A stretch of DNA of 20,000 nucleotides from an uncultured virus (IMG/VR IMGVR_UViG_3300042546_000459) (Duplodnaviria; Heunggongvirae; Uroviricota; Caudoviricetes), in IMG/VR virus record IMGVR_UViG_3300042546_000459, one strand, 5' to 3'. Below are positions 14,626-20,000 of this stretch, piece after piece (position 1 is the stretch's first letter; every line of letters begins with the position of its first letter). The translations under genes and the position numbers were made by a program. The notes under the pieces are model-generated. The model had not been told where the DNA came from, searched no databases, and saw only the letters and a program-made list of their open reading frames with translations.

Positions 14626-17600
14626 ATGGGTCTCAGTCGCTTAGATAATTTCTTAAAGAATAGTAGAGGTGATATTATATATGTTGATCCCTCAAGTATA
14701 GATTCAACTGACAGTATTGAGAATCAAGGTAATTCTCTAGTCAGACCCTTTAAAACTATTCAAAGAGCTTTAATAGAAGCAGCAAGATTTTCATATCAAA
14801 GAGGTTTAGATAATGACCGATTTGGTAGAACAACAATTATTGTATATCCAGGTGAGCATTTAATCGATAATAGACCTGGATGGATACCAATTCATGACAA
14901 TCCAGTAGCTGGAAATAATTGGTTAACCAGAGGTGGTGCAGTATCTAATGAATTTCCAGAGTTTAACTTAAATTCCAACTTTGATATTAATAATGATACT
15001 AATGATCTTTATAAAATGAATAGTGTATTCGGGGGTATTATTATTCCTCGTGGTACATCTATTGTTGGTATGGATCTTAGGAAAACTAAAATTAGGGCTA
15101 AATTTATCCCTAATCCAGAAGATGATACTATTGATAGAACATCAATCTTTAGAGTAACTGGTTCTTGTTATTTTTATCAGTTTACGTTTTTTGACGCAGA
15201 CCCAAATAGTGTAGTATTTAAAGATTATGGTCCTACAAAGTTCGTTCCAAATTTTTCACACCATAAACTAACTTGTTTTGAATATGCTGATGGTGTAAAT
15301 CCTGTTATTTTCGATGACCAATATATTACATATAAGACTACAAAAACCGATCTAGATTTATATTATGATAAAATCGCACTTGCATATGGTTCATCTAGTG
15401 GAAGATTAATATCTCCAGATTTTCCAACTGATGGTGTAGATGTACAAACAAAAATTGATGAATATAGAATTGTTGGTTCAAAAGGTCAAAATGTTGGTAT
15501 CACCAGCATTAAGGCGGGTGATGGTGTAGTATCTTCGACTACAATCACCGTTGATATTGAAGAACCAATTGGTGGACTAGATGTAGATACTCCAATTAGA
15601 ATCGAAGGTGTACCTACTGCTGGTTATAATGGACAATATGTTGTAAGCACATCTGAAAGTCCTACTCGAATTACCTATAAAACTTCTTCTTCTCCAGCAA
15701 ATCCGCTTCCTACTATTGTAAGTGGAACACCTACATTAAACATTGTAGTTGATACTGTAACATCAGCTTCTCCATATATCTTTAACTGTTCTCTTAGATC
15801 AGTATTTGGTATGTGTGGTCTTCACGCTGATGGTAGTAAAGCCGATGGATTTAAATCCATGGTTGTTGCCCAGTTTACTGGTATCGGTCTACAAAAAGAC
15901 GATAATGCATTCTTAAAATATAATACTACCTCTGGTGTATATGAAGACAAAACTGCAGTATCGAATATTCACACAAATTCTTCTGCGGTATATAAACCAG
16001 AATACGAAAACTTCCACATTAAAGCATCGAATGATGCATTCTTACAGTTAGTTTCTGTATTTGCTATTGGTTATGCAAATCACTTCTTAGCGGAAAGTGG
16101 TGGTGACCATTCTATTACAAACTCTAACTCAAACTTTGGTGCAAAATCTCTTGTTGCTAGAGGATTTAAAAAAGAAGCGTTCTCAAGAGATGACACTGGA
16201 TTTATAACTCATATTATTCCACCACAAGAAATTCAAAGTGAAGATATTAATGTTGAGTATACTTCTATTGACGTAGAAACAACTGTAGGTATTGGAAGTA
16301 CCACAAGATTATATCTTTATAATGAAACTGATTTAGATAATCCACCACTATCAGTTGTTGATGGATACAGAATTGGTTCTAAAATAAATGATGAATTAAA
16401 GGTTCTTCTTAACATTAACGGGCAATCTACTACAAAAACATCTAAAATTATAATGCCAAATACCCAGTCAACTGGGATTTATGAAAGTTCTTCTTATAAA
16501 GAAGCTGTTGTTGGTAGAACAAATATTGGTATTAATAGTATTTCTTCTAATACTTTTACTTTAACTGCACCTCACCAATTCATACAAGGCGAATCTTTAA
16601 GAGTTTTTAGTAGTGATGGTGAACTTCCTGATGGATTAAATCATAATCAGGTTTATTATGCAATTACTGCTGGAATTAATTCTGACCAAATTAAACTTTC
16701 CCAAACATTTAACGATACAATTACTGAAGATGCAGTAACTGTTAACAACAAAGGTGGCATTTTAACAATTGAAAGTAGAGTATCGGATAAAAAGTCTGGT
16801 GATATTGGGCATCCAATTCAGTTTGATAGTAATATTGGTCAATGGTATCTTACTGTTAGTGGAATATCTAGTTACAATCAAATATACTCTAGTGTTGTTG
16901 GTCTTGGAACTACTACTCTTGGAAGAACAACACCAAGAACATTTATCACTAGAAAGTCTGATACCAGATCATTAATTGATAAAATCTATAAAGTTCGTTA
17001 TGTAATTCCAAAAGATTCTGCAGTTATTGCACGACCACCTAGAGATGGATTCGTAATTCAAGAATCTAATACTACTATTGGTGCTACTCAAGAAGAAATT
17101 GGCAAGTACAATAGTGTTGATGCTGTAATTTTAAATAATTCTTCTGAATTAAGAAATTACAGATTTATATCTAATGCAGTTTGGGATTCTGTTGGTATTG
17201 CTACTCTTACAACTGAAGTTCCACACGAATTATCTGTAGGTTCATTAATTCAAATTAATAACATTAAGTCTGGATTTAACACTACAGGTGTTGGTAATAG
17301 TGGTTTTAATGGTGAATACTTTGTAACTTCAAAACTTTCGAGAAGAGAATTTACAATTGGATTAACTACAAATCCAGGACTATTCCAAAGTGACACCTCT
17401 ATTAGAGACGTAGAGTTACCATATTATAAGAGAGTTAGATTTAATAATACTTTTGTAGTATATAAGTCCGAAGAAATTCAGCAATATGTTCCAAATACAA
17501 AAGATGGTGTTTATCATTTAACTATTATTGATTCTTCAAATTCCCCATCTGTTGAACCATTTACTCAACTAAGATTCTCTCAACCAGTAAAAAATCTTTA

Positions 17601-20000
17601 TCCACAACTAGATAGAGATAATATTACTTCTGACCCAGATCCAACAGTATCTTTTGCATTACCTTCTCCATTAGGATTAGTCGAAGTTAATAATCCAGAG
17701 AATTCTGTTACTAGAGAAAGTATTGTAAAGAGCATTAATGATTTTGCTGTAGGATTTGGATTGACTGATATCCAATCTGCTACTGGATTTGCACATACAT
17801 TATATACTAGAATTGACCATGGATTAAACAGAATTACTAGAGTTGGTATAGTAAGTGCTGGTGAAAATTATGGTTCTGGTTCTGGTTCTATTGAAACTCT
17901 TTATAATGCTAGGTTAGTAGGATTTGCTGGTTCAACAACTGGCAACTATGCAACTGCAAATATTAAAGTTGATGCTTTAGGTAGAATAACTGATGTTAGA
18001 ATTGTTGATGGTGGTTCTGCGTATGGAATTGGTAATACCCTTTCCGTGGTTGGTGTTGGTACAACATTAGGACATATTGTTGGTGTAGTATCTGTAACCC
18101 AAATTAATAATGATATTGGTAATGTAATTTCTATAAGTGGACTATATGATAAAGTATTTGATACTTACAATAATCTTTATAGAATTACTGGAATTAACGT
18201 AGGGCAAACAAATCAAATTCAAGTTACTTCTTCTTCTGAAGTAGTTGCCCAATATCCATTTACTGGTTCTACTGCAATTGCTGGTGTTAATACTAATGGA
18301 TTAAGTAAAATTAATGCAACTTTTTTAAATACTGTCGAGTCTTATGTAACTGGCAATTCTCTTGGAATCACTTCATTTACTTATAACAACTCTACTGGAA
18401 TTGCTAGTGTAACAACATTACAATCTCATGGATTTGTAAATGGTACAAAGTTTAAAATTGGTGGATTTAATCAAAGTCTTTATAATGGTGATTTTATTAC
18501 CACAAAAATTGTTGGATTAAATGATTTTGAATTTAATATTGGTATAGGTACAACTTCTCCAGTATCTTCTGGAATAGCATACATTTATATTCCAGGATTT
18601 GCCGCACAAGGTGGATTATTGGCTGCGGATAATGAAGCAAATTCCAGTAGACTTGTTGCACAATATGCGGGTATTACAACTACTTTGGATGTTGCTTTAG
18701 TAGATCCAACAATCAATACATTGACAGTTACAAATGCATTAAACCGCAATTGGCAAGCTGGGGATTATATTATTGTAAACAAAGAAATAATGCGTATTAG
18801 TGAAACTGTCGTAATTGACACTGCAATAGATGTATTCCGTGGATTGTTTGGAACTTCAAAACAAGTACATCCTGCTGGATCTGTTGTTAGAAGAGTAAGA
18901 TTTAAACCAATTGAATTTAGAAGAAACTCTATTCTACGTGCTTCTGGTCATACTTTTGAATATCTGGGTTATGGTCCAGGTAACTACTCTACAGCACTTC
19001 CAGAAAGACAAGATAGACAATTTATTGATGTTGAAAGAGTCTTATCACAGTCTGTAAGTGATGATGGTGGAACTCCAATTTATAATGGATTGGACGATAA
19101 TGGTAATACATATACAGTTAATAAACTAACAAATGCTTCTACTGGTCAAGATTTATTAACTAAAGCACCAATCCCAACTGTCAGGGGTGAAGATATTACA
19201 TCGAATACACAAGCAGTTGGATTTGATGTAGATTCCACTGATGATTTAACAGTTGCTAGAGGTTTAAAGGTTGAGGGTGGTTCTGAGTCTACTATTATTT
19301 CTGAATTTAACGGTCCCGTAATCTTTACCGAAAAAATAACATCGACTTCTGAAGATGGTATTTTGGCATCATCGTTATTCCTTCAAGGAGAATCGACAAC
19401 TTCTAGAAAATATACCGTAGGAATTGCTACTCCACTATTATCTGGTAATGCTGGAGATATTGTTTATAAAGCAGATCCTAATGGCGGTGTTGCTGTTGGA
19501 TGGGTTTATACTTTAGAGAATTCCTGGCAAGAATTTGGTCCTATTAAATCTGTAGGAACTGAAAGATATTGTGGTATCTTTAGTGGTGCATTTGTTGGTG
19601 ATGGTTCTGGTCTTGATAATGTATCTGATGTTTGGGTGTTCGATGGTATTGGTATCTCTACCACAAGAGCTGTTGGTATGGGAACAACTACATCTGTTCC
19701 AAGCGTTGCACTATATGTTGGTGGTAATGCAATTTTTGCTGGTGTTACAACAATTAGAACAAATCAGCTAACATTTGATGTTCCAAATGGATTCCTCGTT
19801 AATACAGGTATAACAACCTTTAATCAGCAAGTTAATGTTAATACATTAAGAGCGATTGGTATTTCTACATTCCAAAATGACGTTATTATTACAACAAATC
19901 CAGCAACAACTGGAGATACTGCAGGTAACTTCTTAAGATTTGTTCAATCTGATACCGCAATTACTTCTGCTTATCAATATGGGGGAATTAATTGGGAGGG
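14626..20000 (+). CDS. Giant tail fibre / virion structural protein, 3'-truncated (>1790 aa), absent from ORF track
   Basis: ATG 14626 gives MGLSRLDNFLKNSRGDIIYVDP...GNSLVRPFKTIQRALIEA (beta-helix-type N-terminal motif). Spot checks show the frame open to the end (...YGGINWE). It has repeated 'T..PH....G..I.I.G...YNG.Y.V' modules and late 'FVGDGSGL', 'GITTF', 'GISTF' fibre repeats. Confidence 0.9.
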   Translation, partial: MGLSRLDNFLKNSRGDIIYVDPSSIDSTDSIENQGNSLVRPFKTIQRALIEAARFSYQRGLDNDRFGRTTIIVYPGEHLIDNRPGWIPIHDNPVAGNNWLTRGGAVSNEFPEFNLNSNFDINNDTNDLYKMNSVFGGIIIPRGTSIVGMDLRKTKIRAKFIPNPEDDTIDRTSIFRVTGSCYFYQFTFFDADPNSVVFKDYGPTKFVPNFSHHKLTCFEYADGVNPVIFDDQYITYKTTKTDLDLYYDKIALAYGSSSGRLISPDFPTDGVDVQTKIDEYRIVGSKGQNVGITSIKAGDGVVSSTTITVDIEEPIGGLDVDTPIRIEGVPTAGYNGQYVVSTSESPTRITYKTSSSPANPLPTIVSGTPTLNIVVDTVTSASPYIFNCSLRSVFGMCGLHADGSKADGFKSMVVAQFTGIGLQKDDNAFLKYNTTSGVYEDKTAVSNIHTNSSAVYKPEYENFHIKASNDAFLQLVSVFAIGYANHFLAESGGDHSITNSNSNFGAKSLVARGFKKEAFSRDDTGFITHIIPPQEIQSEDINVEYTSIDVETTVGIGSTTRLYLYNETDLDNPPLSVVDGYRIGSKINDELKVLLNINGQSTTKTSKIIMPNTQSTGIYESSSYKEAVVGRTNIGINSISSNTFTLTAPHQFIQGESLRVFSSDGELPDGLNHNQVYYAITAGINSDQIKLSQTFNDTITEDAVTVNNKGGILTIESRVSDKKSGDIGHPIQFDSNIGQWYLTVSGISSYNQIYSSVVGLGTTTLGRTTPRTFITRKSDTRSLIDKIYKVRYVIPKDSAVIARPPRDGFVIQESNTTIGATQEEIGKYNSVDAVILNNSSELRNYRFISNAVWDSVGIATLTTEVPHELSVGSLIQINNIKSGFNTTGVGNSGFNGEYFVTSKLSRREFTIGLTTNPGLFQSDTSIRDVELPYYKRVRFNNTFVVYKSEEIQQYVPNTKDGVYHLTIIDSSNSPSVEPFTQLRFSQPVKNLYPQLDRDNITSDPDPTVSFALPSPLGLVEVNNPENSVTRESIVKSINDFAVGFGLTDIQSATGFAHTLYTRIDHGLNRITRVGIVSAGENYGSGSGSIETLYNARLVGFAGSTTGNYATANIKVDALGRITDVRIVDGGSAYGIGNTLSVVGVGTTLGHIVGVVSVTQINNDIGNVISISGLYDKVFDTYNNLYRITGINVGQTNQIQVTSSSEVVAQYPFTGSTAIAGVNTNGLSKINATFLNTVESYVTGNSLGITSFTYNNSTGIASVTTLQSHGFVNGTKFKIGGFNQSLYNGDFITTKIVGLNDFEFNIGIGTTSPVSSGIAYIYIPGFAAQGGLLAADNEANSSRLVAQYAGITTTLDVALVDPTINTLTVTNALNRNWQAGDYIIVNKEIMRISETVVIDTAIDVFRGLFGTSKQVHPAGSVVRRVRFKPIEFRRNSILRASGHTFEYLGYGPGNYSTALPERQDRQFIDVERVLSQSVSDDGGTPIYNGLDDNGNTYTVNKLTNASTGQDLLTKAPIPTVRGEDITSNTQAVGFDVDSTDDLTVARGLKVEGGSESTIISEFNGPVIFTEKITSTSEDGILASSLFLQGESTTSRKYTVGIATPLLSGNAGDIVYKADPNGGVAVGWVYTLENSWQEFGPIKSVGTERYCGIFSGAFVGDGSGLDNVSDVWVFDGIGISTTRAVGMGTTTSVPSVALYVGGNAIFAGVTTIRTNQLTFDVPNGFLVNTGITTFNQQVNVNTLRAIGISTFQNDVIITTNPATTGDTAGNFLRFVQSDTAITSAYQYGGINWE

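Noticed and set aside
16769..19771. Short plus-strand ORFs 16769..16975 and 19571..19771
   Set aside because: Alternative-frame artefacts inside the giant fibre gene.
1..20000. CRISPR array, intron/intein or stop-codon reassignment
   Set aside because: No regularly spaced repeats were seen. Genes tile densely under the standard code using all three stops. No intein or group I intron motifs were recognised by eye.

Overview
AT-rich fragment of a T4-like cyanophage (cyanomyovirus) genome. Positions 1-10458 are a tightly packed plus-strand tail/baseplate module. It holds two paralogous tape-measure-like proteins (the second with a lytic-transglycosylase and an M15-type peptidase domain), a gp27-like hub protein, an embedded cp12 Calvin-cycle inhibitor gene, a gp5-like hub lacking a recognisable lysozyme domain, a gp5C-like beta-strand protein, and two tandem paralogs sharing a fibre-type C-terminal 'K.FDI.HP' domain. 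Positions 10458-12664 hold a 2OG-Fe(II) oxygenase, a convergent glycosyltransferase-like gene and a probable structural protein. Positions 12665-14600 are an accessory island: consensus sigma70 promoters, small hypothetical genes, tRNA-Gly(TCC), tRNA-Thr(TGT), a free-standing HNH endonuclease with a late promoter inside a start-site-sequestering hairpin, and a candidate ~65-nt sRNA with its own perfect promoter and terminator. A giant fibre/structural gene missing from the ORF track starts at 14626 and runs off the window (>1790 aa). All family assignments come from motif recognition by eye; no searches were run.
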